28,389 bases of DNA from an uncultured Gammaproteobacteria bacterium (GCA_964531945.1 CAZHGF010000002.1:1-28389), one strand, 5' to 3'; positions 7,913 through 17,097 are shown, counted from the stretch's first letter. Notes: a model not told the origin generated them from the letters alone. Made by a program: numbers and translations.

Positions 7913-8656
7913 CTACTCATGATGGAGAAATGTAATCGAAGCGTACATGAGGATGATACCGATGATAAAGGGAAGAGACTGAGCCCACCCTTTTTGTTTT
8001 TTAAAATCTTTATGCATATCGGGGATCAGATCAGAACAGGCGATATAGATAAACATGCCGGCGCTGAAAGCGAGAGAAATTGGGAGCCAGTGTTCAAGAG
8101 TATTTAAGAAAAAGTAACCCCCAATCGCTCCAGCTAATGCACTGAGTGAAGAAATAAAGTTGAATAAAAGTGCTTTTAATTTGCTCATGCCGCTATGAAT
8201 GAGAATAGTAAAATCAGCAATTTCTTGGGGGATTTCATGGGCTGTGATCGCAAGTGTTGTGATAAAACCGAGCGCAGGGTTTGTAAGAAATGCAGCCGCA
8301 ATAGCAACGCCATCAATGAAATTATGGAACGAGTCACCGATAAGTATCAAAAGTGATGATGGCTTTTCGCCGTGAGACTCGTCATGATGATGAAACCATA
8401 AGAGAAATCGTTCGAGAAAAAAGAAAAGAATAATGGCAAAGAATGAAGGAATGAAAATATTTACTTCCTCTCCTCCTTCATGAAGTGCTTCTGGTAATAA
8501 ATCCAGAAACGCGGTAGTCAGTATAACACCTGCTGCACAGTTAACGAGGTAGGGAATGATTTGTTGAGTAAGCAGTTTTCGCCATAAGAGAAAAGCGCCT
8601 CCGATGAGAGAGACACTACTTACAAGAAGAGTAGCGATAATTATAGTTGATAACAT
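7913..8656 (-). CDS. ZIP family metal (zinc) transporter
   Basis: His-rich loop HHHDESHG, DSFHNFIDG and AHEIPQEIAD signature helices. Confidence 0.95.
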   Translation of the reverse strand: MLSTIIIATLLVSSVSLIGGAFLLWRKLLTQQIIPYLVNCAAGVILTTAFLDLLPEALHEGGEEVNIFIPSFFAIILFFFLERFLLWFHHHDESHGEKPSSLLILIGDSFHNFIDGVAIAAAFLTNPALGFITTLAITAHEIPQEIADFTILIHSGMSKLKALLFNFISSLSALAGAIGGYFFLNTLEHWLPISLAFSAGMFIYIACSDLIPDMHKDFKKQKGWAQSLPFIIGIILMYASITFLHHE

Positions 8657-8663
8657 AGTTATA

Positions 8664-9062
8664 TTACTGGCAACGGGTACATAACCCGAAAAATTCTAAT
8701 GAATGATTGGTTATTTGAAACTGAGTTTGTCCCTGTATTTCTTTCATTAGCCCTTCTTCCCCGATGGGCATGATATCCTCGATAGTACCGCAGTTATCAC
8801 AAATGAGGTGATGGTGGTGATCTTTCACGAGCTCATACCGTTTTTTACCCTCACGAATCTCAACAACCGTAACAATACCCATGTGTGTTAAAAGATGGAG
8901 GGTACGGTATACTGAGGCAAGATCAATTTTTTCTCCATGCTTCTCAAGCAGTTCAAAGATTTCCTGAGCAGTTAACGGGTGAGACCGCATGACCTCAAGG
9001 ATTTTCTTGCGTTGTTCAGTGATGCGGTATCCTTTGTCTTTTAAAGCTTGTATAGTTTTCAT
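8664..9062 (-). CDS. Fur family transcriptional regulator (Zur-like)
   Basis: RIT.QR..IL, LASVYRTL, HHHHLICDNCG and CTRC. Start reassigned to ATG 9062 because the longer ORF start lies inside the putative operator. Confidence 0.92.
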   Translation of the reverse strand: MKTIQALKDKGYRITEQRKKILEVMRSHPLTAQEIFELLEKHGEKIDLASVYRTLHLLTHMGIVTVVEIREGKKRYELVKDHHHHLICDNCGTIEDIMPIGEEGLMKEIQGQTQFQITNHSLEFFGLCTRCQ

Positions 9063-9106
9063 AGCGAAAGAGGCAAGGGGAGGTTCTTGCCTCTTGTAAA
9101 GTTTAT

Positions 9107-9127
9107 TATTGCAAATAATTCGCAATA
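9107..9127. promoter_or_regulatory. Putative Fur/Zur operator (10-1-10 inverted repeat)
   Basis: TATTGCAAAT-A-ATTCGCAATA, one mismatch, abutting a minus-strand TTGACT (9132-9127) upstream of the Fur-ZIP operon. Confidence 0.65.
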
Positions 9128-9142
9128 GTCAAGAGCATTTTC

Positions 9143-9232
9143 TGTTAGTACGTTAGTTGGTTAATTTGTTAGTTCGCACATATAGAAAGATATTTTTTAC
9201 GAACTAACGGTAAACGAACTAACCTACTAACT
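9143..9232. repeat. Inverted octamer tandem array (unit ~NGTTAGTT)
   Basis: Left tgttagta/cgttagtt/ggttaatt/tgttagtt (9143-9174); right aactaacg/gtaaacg/aactaacc/tactaact (9202-9232). Confidence 0.75.
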
Positions 9233-9258
9233 GTTGCTGTGAACGGTGAACAACTTCA

Positions 9259-10659
9259 TTATAGTTTCTTCACCTCAGTTGCGACTACCGTATTGGGGGG
9301 AGCGAGTATGGAACGGTTCAATTGATTATTTTCCACAACCACATTGTCAAACGTCGTTGCCGTTCCGTCAAGGTAGGTGAGAGTAAGAGTATGGGCGCCA
9401 TTCTCTAAGTTGGTGAATGTCACCGGTATCAGCTCAGTATTCCTGTTGTCTTTATCGTAATTTACGAGTATTAATACCGTTTTATTTCCATCCGTACCTG
9501 CCATTCCCCGCACATAGGTTCCTTCTCCCTCGACATTGAGCCGATTTCCCTGAAGGAGAGTGAGGAGCTTGAGTGCGTGATAGCGCGGTTTTTTTTCACC
9601 CGTATGACTTAAGATTCCCCATCGGGGAGCGGGGCCGTCTTTTGCTTCAAATAAAAATGCCATATCAAAGTTGAATCGGGAGAAATTACGGATAGATGCG
9701 ATGGTATGCGCCGCTCCCACATTGGTATCCGCGATGGAGTTTGGTTCGGAGTCATACCCCCATTCACTGATGATTTTCGGGAGCGATTGAAATCGGACAT
9801 ACTGCTCTGAATCTGACAGCCATTCGTTTATTTTCCCAATATCATCGGTATAGTCTTCGGTGCTTTTGCTGTAGTGATGCCAGGAGAGAAAATCAAGCCG
9901 GAGATTGTTTTCTATAACGTAGTTTAAAAACATCTGTATCCAGTTCTGATAGAGCGCCGTGGTGACTGGTCCCCCAATGAGGAATGAGTAAACATTTTGT
10001 GCTTTTTCCGCGCCCAGTACAGAGTACAGATAAAGTTTCTTATAGTCTTTTTCTCCCGTATACAAACTCCACTTTCCAAATGTCTCTAGATCAGGTTCGT
10101 TCCAGACTTCGTAGTGAATGTCTTTCAACCACTCTCCCTCAATCTGACCGCAGAGTCGTGTTGATTGACCGCTATAGCGTTCGATTGTTTTTTGCACTAT
10201 GAGACTCCATTCACCCCACTCTTTTGGTTGTGATATGAGTGAGCCGTCTGATGAGACCTCTGGCGGCATATACCCCAGTGAAAAAAACGGTTTAGCACCA
10301 GTACGATAGATATCGCAAACCGTAGCATCAAGCTGATCCCAGTGAAAAGAAAGTGTTCCATCGCTTTCTCTTTTGACAACATCATAATAGTCATAAATGT
10401 GATCGAGTCGGATTGAACGGGGATTTAATGCGGAAAGCGCCGGCACAATATTTTCTAACATTCGCACACCCTTTTCTTCTCCTCCCTGTGCGAGCGCCAT
10501 CCATCGAGATGGAATAACACCGGAAGTTTGTTTTACATCGACAGTAATGTTCGCCTTTACTAGAGTAGCTTTTGAGATGTATTGAAAGGAGAGAAACAAG
10601 AGGATTGGAATAGTAGCGATGACTGTAACTATAAGGATTCGTTTAAACTTCCTGCTCAT
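9259..10659 (-). CDS. Membrane-anchored glycoside hydrolase, GH39-like (clan GH-A)
   Basis: N-terminal TM; YEVWNEPD acid/base motif, LDFLSWHHYS, IISEWG nucleophile motif. Confidence 0.85.
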   Translation of the reverse strand: MSRKFKRILIVTVIATIPILLFLSFQYISKATLVKANITVDVKQTSGVIPSRWMALAQGGEEKGVRMLENIVPALSALNPRSIRLDHIYDYYDVVKRESDGTLSFHWDQLDATVCDIYRTGAKPFFSLGYMPPEVSSDGSLISQPKEWGEWSLIVQKTIERYSGQSTRLCGQIEGEWLKDIHYEVWNEPDLETFGKWSLYTGEKDYKKLYLYSVLGAEKAQNVYSFLIGGPVTTALYQNWIQMFLNYVIENNLRLDFLSWHHYSKSTEDYTDDIGKINEWLSDSEQYVRFQSLPKIISEWGYDSEPNSIADTNVGAAHTIASIRNFSRFNFDMAFLFEAKDGPAPRWGILSHTGEKKPRYHALKLLTLLQGNRLNVEGEGTYVRGMAGTDGNKTVLILVNYDKDNRNTELIPVTFTNLENGAHTLTLTYLDGTATTFDNVVVENNQLNRSILAPPNTVVATEVKKL

Positions 10660-10772
10660 ACACCAATTATAGCTTTCTTACTCGGCTCTTACACTCCTAT
10701 TACTGCTTTACGAAAAACGGGGAATAAGATTGTTACTAATTAAACGTTTTCATGAAAGGAGGTGAAATAAGC

Positions 10773-11036
10773 ATGGAACTACTTACGTGGGCGCTTTTAG
10801 GACTTATTGCCGGGTGGCTTGCGTCAATTGTAATGCGTACCAATTCCCGTCAGGGTTTCCTGATGGATATTATCCTTGGAGTTGTCGGGGCTCTTTTAGG
10901 AGGATTTATCATGAACATATTTGGAGAACCCGGTGTTTCCGGACTCAATATTTACAGCATTATTGTTGCGATCGTTGGCGCAATTGTCTTAATTTGGATT
11001 GGTCGTTTATTTACATCAGGAGAAGTCAGGCCGTAA
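10773..11036 (+). CDS. GlsB/YeaQ/YmgE family stress-response membrane protein
   Basis: GLIAGWLA..M...G...DIILGVVGA.LGG motif. Start reassigned to ATG 10773 behind a strong SD (AAGGAGGTGA). Confidence 0.92.
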   Translation: MELLTWALLGLIAGWLASIVMRTNSRQGFLMDIILGVVGALLGGFIMNIFGEPGVSGLNIYSIIVAIVGAIVLIWIGRLFTSGEVRP

Positions 11037-11067
11037 TGTTATAAATTTTTAGAAAGGGGTGATACCT

Positions 11068-11112
11068 ATGGTACGGAAAACAAGGCGACATGCAGCAAAC
11101 AAAAAACGCTAG
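11068..11112 (+). CDS. Putative 14-aa basic peptide MVRKTRRHAANKKR
   Basis: SD-like AAAGGGGTGA about 5 nt before the ATG, upstream of the terminator; below the ORF-track size cutoff. Confidence 0.5.
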   Translation: MVRKTRRHAANKKR

Positions 11113-11139
11113 GAATTTTCCTGCAATTTAAGAACTTTT

Positions 11140-11164
11140 CAGGTAGCTCTTTAAGAGCTACCTG
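11140..11164. terminator. Probable bidirectional terminator
   Basis: caggtagctct-tta-agagctacctg 11-bp stem between convergent genes, with a T-run after it on the + strand. Confidence 0.75.
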
Positions 11165-11166
11165 TT

Positions 11167-11979
11167 TTAATATGCTACTCCCTTAAACGATGGACAGTTT
11201 TTTTGCACCCACTGAAGATACTCCTTTTCACATTGTGGCTGTTTCCCGCTTTTATCTGCCATAATTTTCGGCATACAGTCTATATATTCTGTGGAGGGAC
11301 AGGAGTATTTATTATCTTCCGGATTACTCAACTGAAAGGTGCCAAGGATCTGTTCATATATGTTTTTTGCGTTGGGAAAAAGAGTTTGCCCTTCTTTAAG
11401 AGAGGGGGTGAAGTAAGCAAGCGTTATCGTAAAGATGTAATTTCCATTGGTGAGCGCGGTTTGCATTTGGGGCCAGTCCATACCGACACTGCTAAACTTG
11501 GTGGATGTTTTATGAGCAACGATTACCGTTTCTTTCACAAATCCTGACTCCGAACTATATTTTTCTGTCATGGTTTCTTCGCGGAGCTTTAAAGTCCGTG
11601 CATCTCCTTTTTCAACACTGACAAAGATTTCATAGCTGGCTTCAATTGATTGTTTCAAGTCAAGTTCCTGCGCAAATCGTGTAGTCATCATATCCGTTTG
11701 TACTGACCAGGTGGGAGGGTATTTAATGGCGTATCGATACGTTTCATTTTTATAGGTTTGCCATTGTGAGGTTTTGATTGTGGTGAGGAGGGGAAGGGAC
11801 GGGAGAGGAGTAGGAGTCGGGGTGAAGGGCGCTTTTAAGATATATCTATCGATAAAATCAGGGTTTCGTCCGAGTAGGTATCCAGACAGCACAAACATCA
11901 GTGAGAGTACAAGAGCGATGAAGATTTTTATTAATTTCGATACTTCCATCATCCTCCATTTTTTCATAAGTGGAGACAA
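11167..11979 (-). CDS. Membrane-anchored PsbP-like protein with C-terminal 4-Cys minidomain
   Basis: TM, PTPTP linker, WQTYKNETYRYAIKYPPTW motif, C-terminal CP.....DCMP...C...Y..W...NCP. Confidence 0.62.
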   Translation of the reverse strand: MSPLMKKWRMMEVSKLIKIFIALVLSLMFVLSGYLLGRNPDFIDRYILKAPFTPTPTPLPSLPLLTTIKTSQWQTYKNETYRYAIKYPPTWSVQTDMMTTRFAQELDLKQSIEASYEIFVSVEKGDARTLKLREETMTEKYSSESGFVKETVIVAHKTSTKFSSVGMDWPQMQTALTNGNYIFTITLAYFTPSLKEGQTLFPNAKNIYEQILGTFQLSNPEDNKYSCPSTEYIDCMPKIMADKSGKQPQCEKEYLQWVQKNCPSFKGVAY

Positions 11980-12001
11980 CGGTCAAGCGGGAAGACGATA
12001 A

Positions 12002-12565
12002 TTAATTAAACTTTCGTACGACTGCTTTCACCACGCCATGAATTTGAAGTTCCTGATGGGGATAAAAGGGAGGATATTTGGGGTTTGCCGACATGAGATA
12101 CGTTTTCTGATGGTCCTTTTTCAGAATCTTCAGTGTCCACTCGCGATCAATCTGTGCAAGAACGATATCGCCCGAATGCGGCTGACGTTTTTTTTCGATG
12201 ATGACAAGATCACCATCAAATATACCGGCGTTTATGAGTGAGTCACCACTGACGCGAAGTAAAAATGAGGACTGGGGGTCTTCAATAAGATACTCATCGA
12301 GTGTCAGATAATTTTTATCTTCCTCAGCAAGAATGGGAAATCCTGCTTTGATAAAACCCAGAAGCGGGAGACTGAAAAACTTGGAAGTTGGTGCGAGCTT
12401 ATTGCTTTCCTTTTTCACAACTCCATCCTCAATCCACTTTTGTACTATCCGGTAGATTGCATTTTTTGAAGAAAAATTAAAAAGTTTCAGCATTTCCGAG
12501 TAGGAAGGAAGTCGCTTGTGTTTCTTATAGAATTTCTTGACCGAGTCAAGTTGACTGCTTTTCAT
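12002..12565 (-). CDS. lexA: LexA-family repressor (winged HTH plus S24 peptidase)
   Basis: PSYSEM winged-HTH, Ala-Gly cleavage site (IKAGFP), catalytic Ser (SGDSL) and Lys (WTLK). Confidence 0.88.
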   Translation of the reverse strand: MKSSQLDSVKKFYKKHKRLPSYSEMLKLFNFSSKNAIYRIVQKWIEDGVVKKESNKLAPTSKFFSLPLLGFIKAGFPILAEEDKNYLTLDEYLIEDPQSSFLLRVSGDSLINAGIFDGDLVIIEKKRQPHSGDIVLAQIDREWTLKILKKDHQKTYLMSANPKYPPFYPHQELQIHGVVKAVVRKFN

Positions 12566-12591
12566 ACTATTAATTGAAACTTTAGTTAAAA

Positions 12592-12633
12592 CGTCATTCT
12601 GGAGTCGTCACTTCACTCCTCCCCAGAATGACG
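12592..12633. repeat. CGTC-tagged REP-like palindrome (short copy)
   Basis: Perfect 11-bp terminal inverted repeats CGTCATTCTGG/CCAGAATGACG, identical to those at 24117-24194. Confidence 0.8.
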
Positions 12634-12651
12634 AATGTTCGTAATTCTGTG

Positions 12652-12686
12652 ATTATAGTTTAGTAAACAATCGTTCACTTTGTCAA
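12652..12686 (-). promoter_or_regulatory. lexA promoter with putative SOS box
   Basis: TTGACA(12686-81)-N18-TAAACT, plus an overlapping TATAAT (12657-52). The spacer contains GTGAAC-gatt-GTTTAC (12678-12663), like the GAAC-N4-GTTC LexA box. Confidence 0.65.
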
Positions 12687-12740
12687 GTGTTAATTACTAT
12701 ATTGAAAATAGGTTATAATAAACAATATCTTATATATTGA

Positions 12741-13307
12741 TTGATTTCATTTATGAAAAGGGGGAATATCGCGATTTTAATTTCTTCAGTAATCGTTGCC
12801 ATTATTACCGCGGCATTGATAATGGTCACAAATGAAGGGAGTAATACGAAAGTAAACTCAGAGATTGAGACTTCACAACCGGTAAGCGCACCGTCAAATA
12901 CCCAAACCGCAACAGCTTCTGTCACTACTCAATCGTTTCAGGGAAGAGTCATTGCCGGCGTGAGCGCGCCTTTTATAGAGTTTAATAAAGCTGATTATGA
13001 AGCTGCGAAAAAAGCCGATAAAGTCATTGTGCTGGATTTTTATGCCAACTGGTGTCCGATCTGCCGGGCTGAAGCGCCGGATATCCAGGCAGGATTCAAT
13101 AGCTTAACCACTGATAATGTAGTTGGATTCCGAGTCAATTACAAAGATGATGAAACTGATGCTGATGAAGTCGCGCTTGCAAAACAGTATGGCATCAATT
13201 ATCAGCATACGAAAGTCATACTCAAAGATGGCAAGCAAGTTCTAAAAACCGGTGAGATATGGAATAAGGAGACGCTTATAAAGGAGATTACAAAAGCTAC
13301 TCAGTAA
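12741..13307 (+). CDS. Membrane-anchored thioredoxin-like protein
   Basis: N-terminal TM; LDFYANWCPIC active-site motif. Confidence 0.9.
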   Translation: MISFMKRGNIAILISSVIVAIITAALIMVTNEGSNTKVNSEIETSQPVSAPSNTQTATASVTTQSFQGRVIAGVSAPFIEFNKADYEAAKKADKVIVLDFYANWCPICRAEAPDIQAGFNSLTTDNVVGFRVNYKDDETDADEVALAKQYGINYQHTKVILKDGKQVLKTGEIWNKETLIKEITKATQ

Positions 13308-13316
13308 AACGCTGAA

Positions 13317-15083
13317 ATGGATTCTATGACAGTTCTTTTATTATTCGCGTTTATCTCAGGTTTAGTCACGATTCTCGCTCCCTGTATCTGGCCGCTTCTC
13401 CCGATTATTCTTTCCGCCACAACAACGGGAGGCAAAATGAAGCCACTCGGGATTACTCTTGGTATTACCATCAGCTTCGCACTGTTTACGTTGACACTTT
13501 CCTATATTGTAAAACTTATTCCTTTTGACCCGGATGTACTTCGGATATTTGCGGTGATCGTCATCGGTTTTTTAGGATTGACACTTATTATCCCCCGATT
13601 GAGTCAGATTCTTGAAGGATATGTCAGCCGGTTTACTGGTTCGTTTGCAGGGCGGGAGGGCGCGAGAAATGGATTTATTGGCGGTCTTATTACCGGATTT
13701 TCCTTAGGGATTGTGTGGTCTCCCTGTGCCGGGCCGATTTTAGCAACCATTGCGACACTTGCCGCAACTCAATCGGTAAACACTGCGGTTGTTGCCGTGA
13801 CAATAGCGTATGTTGCCGGTGTTGGTATTCCGCTTTTTCTTTTCGCAACTTTAGGTATGTCATTTTTTACGAAAAATCGGTTAATCTCCCGCTATACCGG
13901 AAAGATTCAACAGATTTTTGGGGTAATAATGATTCTTACCGCTCTTGCCATTATTACTAATTATGACAAAACCATACAGGCGCGGCTTCTTGATGCGTTT
14001 CCCGCCTACTCACAGTTCCTGTTTAAACTCGAGGGAAATGAATCAGTCAAAAAACAGCTTGATACGCTCAAAGGAAAAAAAGACATGAAGAATAAAGAAA
14101 AAGAAGTAAATAAACTCATGCCGAATATCATTATTCCCCAGTCAGGATTACCGGTCTTAGGGGTCGCGCCTGAGTTTACCGGTATTTCCCGGTGGTTGAA
14201 CTCTGCGCCACTGACGATGGAACAGTTGAAAGGGAAAGTAGTACTTGTTGATTTCTGGACATATACCTGTATCAACTGCATCCGGACCTTGCCACACGTT
14301 ACGGGCTGGTATGAAAAGTATAAAGACAAAGGTTTCATAGTAGTTGGCGTCCATACGCCGGAGTTTGAGTTTGAAAAAAGCACGACCAATGTCGTAGACG
14401 CGATAAAACAGTTTAAGATAACCTATCCCGTGGCACAAGATAATGAGTATGCAACATGGCGCGCTTATGATAACCATTACTGGCCGGCAAAGTATCTCAT
14501 TGATGCGCAAGGAAAAATACGCTGGGTCCACTTTGGGGAAGGAAAATATGACGAGGCCGAGCAGGCGATTCAAGCTCTTTTGAAAGAAGCGGGGACTGAG
14601 GTTGCTGCCGACATGAGTACAGTTGAAGATAAAACGCCCCGCGTTCGATTGACTCCAGAGACCTATTTAGGGTCGCTTCGGATGGAACGGTTCAATTCAA
14701 ATGAACCAGGAACAGAAGGCTTAAAAGATTATACATTCCCACAATATCTCGCCATTAACTATTTTGCCTTTGGCGGGAAATGGGATATCCAAAGTGAGTA
14801 CTCAGTGACACGGAAGAACGCAGTCCTGAGGTTCAGATATTATGCAAATAAAGTATTTCTCGTGATGACTCCAAAAAGTAAAAATGATCGCGTAAAAGTT
14901 GTATTAGACGGGAAAATTATCGAAGAAAAACATCAGGGAAAAGATGTAAAAAACGGTTATATTATTTTCGACGAACCACGATTATATGAGCTGATAAACT
15001 ATCAGGGTGATATAACCGATCATGAACTACGGTTAGAGTTTGAGAACGAAGGTGTAGAGATCTATGCGTTTACATTCGGTTAG
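13317..15083 (+). CDS. dipZ: DipZ-type cytochrome c biogenesis/thiol-disulfide protein (CcdA plus thioredoxin plus C-terminal domain)
   Basis: LAPCIWP and WSPCAGP CcdA cysteines; DFWTYTCINC thioredoxin motif; C-terminal ...YAFTFG. Confidence 0.92.
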   Translation: MDSMTVLLLFAFISGLVTILAPCIWPLLPIILSATTTGGKMKPLGITLGITISFALFTLTLSYIVKLIPFDPDVLRIFAVIVIGFLGLTLIIPRLSQILEGYVSRFTGSFAGREGARNGFIGGLITGFSLGIVWSPCAGPILATIATLAATQSVNTAVVAVTIAYVAGVGIPLFLFATLGMSFFTKNRLISRYTGKIQQIFGVIMILTALAIITNYDKTIQARLLDAFPAYSQFLFKLEGNESVKKQLDTLKGKKDMKNKEKEVNKLMPNIIIPQSGLPVLGVAPEFTGISRWLNSAPLTMEQLKGKVVLVDFWTYTCINCIRTLPHVTGWYEKYKDKGFIVVGVHTPEFEFEKSTTNVVDAIKQFKITYPVAQDNEYATWRAYDNHYWPAKYLIDAQGKIRWVHFGEGKYDEAEQAIQALLKEAGTEVAADMSTVEDKTPRVRLTPETYLGSLRMERFNSNEPGTEGLKDYTFPQYLAINYFAFGGKWDIQSEYSVTRKNAVLRFRYYANKVFLVMTPKSKNDRVKVVLDGKIIEEKHQGKDVKNGYIIFDEPRLYELINYQGDITDHELRLEFENEGVEIYAFTFG

Positions 15084-15115
15084 TAGACCGTCAAAACGTA
15101 TGCTATACTTCGCAC

Positions 15116-16237
15116 ATGACTGAACACAACAGTCCTTTTGAGAGATTTATCAGACCGCCATTCCGGGTGGTAATGCCAGGAATGTTCGGAGAAGGAAGAA
15201 CCATCACGGCGCTTCGTCAACAATTTGGGCATGATGCTTTTGTCTTTTCCTCAATTTCAGGGCTGCGAACAGTGCAAAGGGGTACCAAAGATTTGGATAG
15301 CCACTATAGGAGTATGGCGAAAGAAGTACTTTTACAGGCAGATGGTAGAGATATCTGGATGGATGGACATTCCTTAGGTGGTGATGAGATCATAAAACTG
15401 GGGAGAAAAATTACAGAGATTCAGCCGGGACAGGGTACGCGTATCCATTTAAATTTCATATCGGTTCCCGGGATTGGAGAACGGGGTATTGGCTCACTCA
15501 TAAATCTGTTGCGTAACTATGGATATATTAATAAACATGTGACCGCTTATGAACAGCATGTCGCGTATCCGCTTCCTGAGTCATGCTATGTTGAGAATCC
15601 ACTTCAAGAGATTGCAGAAGGAGTAAATGTTCGGACTGCATTTCGCGATAATCAAGAGGAAAGAGAACGGAGAAGAAAAACATTTAAAGACAATATGCGG
15701 TTACTGGTTGTCGATGAAATCGCTCGAAGTCAGTTGATTAATGAGCTACAAAGCCTTGATAGATCAATCGACAAAAATATTCAAGAAGGTGTACCGATTG
15801 ATACTCTTCTGGAAGAGCGACAAAAATTATTACATAATCCTATACAGGGATTATTTCATGGGAAGCATATTCCCGATACCGTTCACGAGCGGTATGAGAG
15901 GGAGTATGGGGAAACAAAAGATGCGGTTACTTTTTCGTTACGCATGTTTGCGCAAGCCATGCTTGGGTTCGGGAGCAGAGTAGTGACAGGGATAGATAAA
16001 GATATTAAACAGCTACAAAGAGAAGCAAAAGAAAGAGGGTATACGGTTACCATTTCCTTAACATATGTGGAACGGGATAGAGTTGTTCCTTTCAGTGAAA
16101 TTCCAGACGCTATAAGTAATTTATCTGACGAAGAGGTTGGAGTATTACCGACAGTTTTCTACCTGCAACAGTTAGCGCACTCGAGTATTGGATACGTGCC
16201 GGAAAAGTTTACGGAAATTCCAAATATTTCTCAATGA
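15116..16237 (+). CDS. Hypothetical protein, probable alpha/beta-hydrolase fold
   Basis: GHSLG nucleophile elbow; late D (RDRVVP) and H (LAHSS) in triad order. Confidence 0.55.
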   Translation: MTEHNSPFERFIRPPFRVVMPGMFGEGRTITALRQQFGHDAFVFSSISGLRTVQRGTKDLDSHYRSMAKEVLLQADGRDIWMDGHSLGGDEIIKLGRKITEIQPGQGTRIHLNFISVPGIGERGIGSLINLLRNYGYINKHVTAYEQHVAYPLPESCYVENPLQEIAEGVNVRTAFRDNQEERERRRKTFKDNMRLLVVDEIARSQLINELQSLDRSIDKNIQEGVPIDTLLEERQKLLHNPIQGLFHGKHIPDTVHERYEREYGETKDAVTFSLRMFAQAMLGFGSRVVTGIDKDIKQLQREAKERGYTVTISLTYVERDRVVPFSEIPDAISNLSDEEVGVLPTVFYLQQLAHSSIGYVPEKFTEIPNISQ

Positions 16238-17058
16238 TTGTATACCTCTTGTGGTTTGGTTCTTCTTAAAAAGACCCACCAGCTCATAAAGGCAACATAA
16301 GAACTGTAGAGTGAAAGCTGGATCACATCCATTTTCTGGGTAATGCCAAAGACTGCTTTAAGCATATCGCCAAAAAATGTTGTTTTTGCTGGAATAAAGG
16401 CAAAAGTCATCTTGCCGATCTCCGGAAGCCAGCCGACTTCGGCAAATTCATGGGCTCCCCGCGCAAGTAATCCCCCCGCAAAAAGAATAAGAAGAATACT
16501 GGTGATGCGGAATGCGAAGTAAACCGGCATACGGAGGGTTGCGAGAAAGAAAGCAAGAGATACCAGTAAGCCGCCGATTGCGCCACCCAAAAAGCCGGTG
16601 AATATACTCTGCGGATTGGAGGAAAAATAGATAGTTGATAAGAATAAAACGATTTCAAATCCCTCCCGGAATACCGCAGTAAATGCGAGGACAAACAGTC
16701 CTTTTTGTTCTTCCTGTTCAACGGTTGACTTAATCTTTGAGAGGAGCTTTGTTTTATATTTCCCGAAATACTTATGTAAAAAAAAGACTGCCCAGGTGAT
16801 AAAGACTGCTGATGTCATCATCAAAATTCCTTCGATCACTTCTTCTATCCTTCCGGAGTATACTTCCTGTATCTTAATTCCCAGCAAGCTCGCGCCCATA
16901 AGAAGCAAGAGACTTACCACCGTTGCTGCAGCTGTTGCCATCCACACGGTTTTTATTCCTTTTTTCTGATTGAGTTTGACAAGAATACCAAGAATCGTCG
17001 CAACTATTAAGGAAGCTTCAATAACCTCACGAAAGGTGATAAGGAATGCTGGTAGCAT
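16231..17058 (-). CDS. FTR1/EfeU family iron permease
   Basis: Two REXXE motifs (FREVIE, FREGFE), about 7 TM helices. Confidence 0.93.
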   Translation of the reverse strand: MLPAFLITFREVIEASLIVATILGILVKLNQKKGIKTVWMATAAATVVSLLLLMGASLLGIKIQEVYSGRIEEVIEGILMMTSAVFITWAVFFLHKYFGKYKTKLLSKIKSTVEQEEQKGLFVLAFTAVFREGFEIVLFLSTIYFSSNPQSIFTGFLGGAIGGLLVSLAFFLATLRMPVYFAFRITSILLILFAGGLLARGAHEFAEVGWLPEIGKMTFAFIPAKTTFFGDMLKAVFGITQKMDVIQLSLYSSYVAFMSWWVFLRRTKPQEVYNH

Positions 17059-17097
17059 AGGGCTTTATCAACTGGTACAAAAAAAGTAATAGTTTAG

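Noticed and set aside
9063-9125. N-terminal extensions in the ORF track (also 10752, 17112, 22165, 27451)
   Set aside because: They run through operators, SD sites, promoters or a neighbouring gene; downstream ATGs fit family length and initiation signals better.
11401-11412. SD-like AGAGGGGGTGAA on the + strand
   Set aside because: No start codon follows at a suitable distance, and it lies inside a minus-strand gene.
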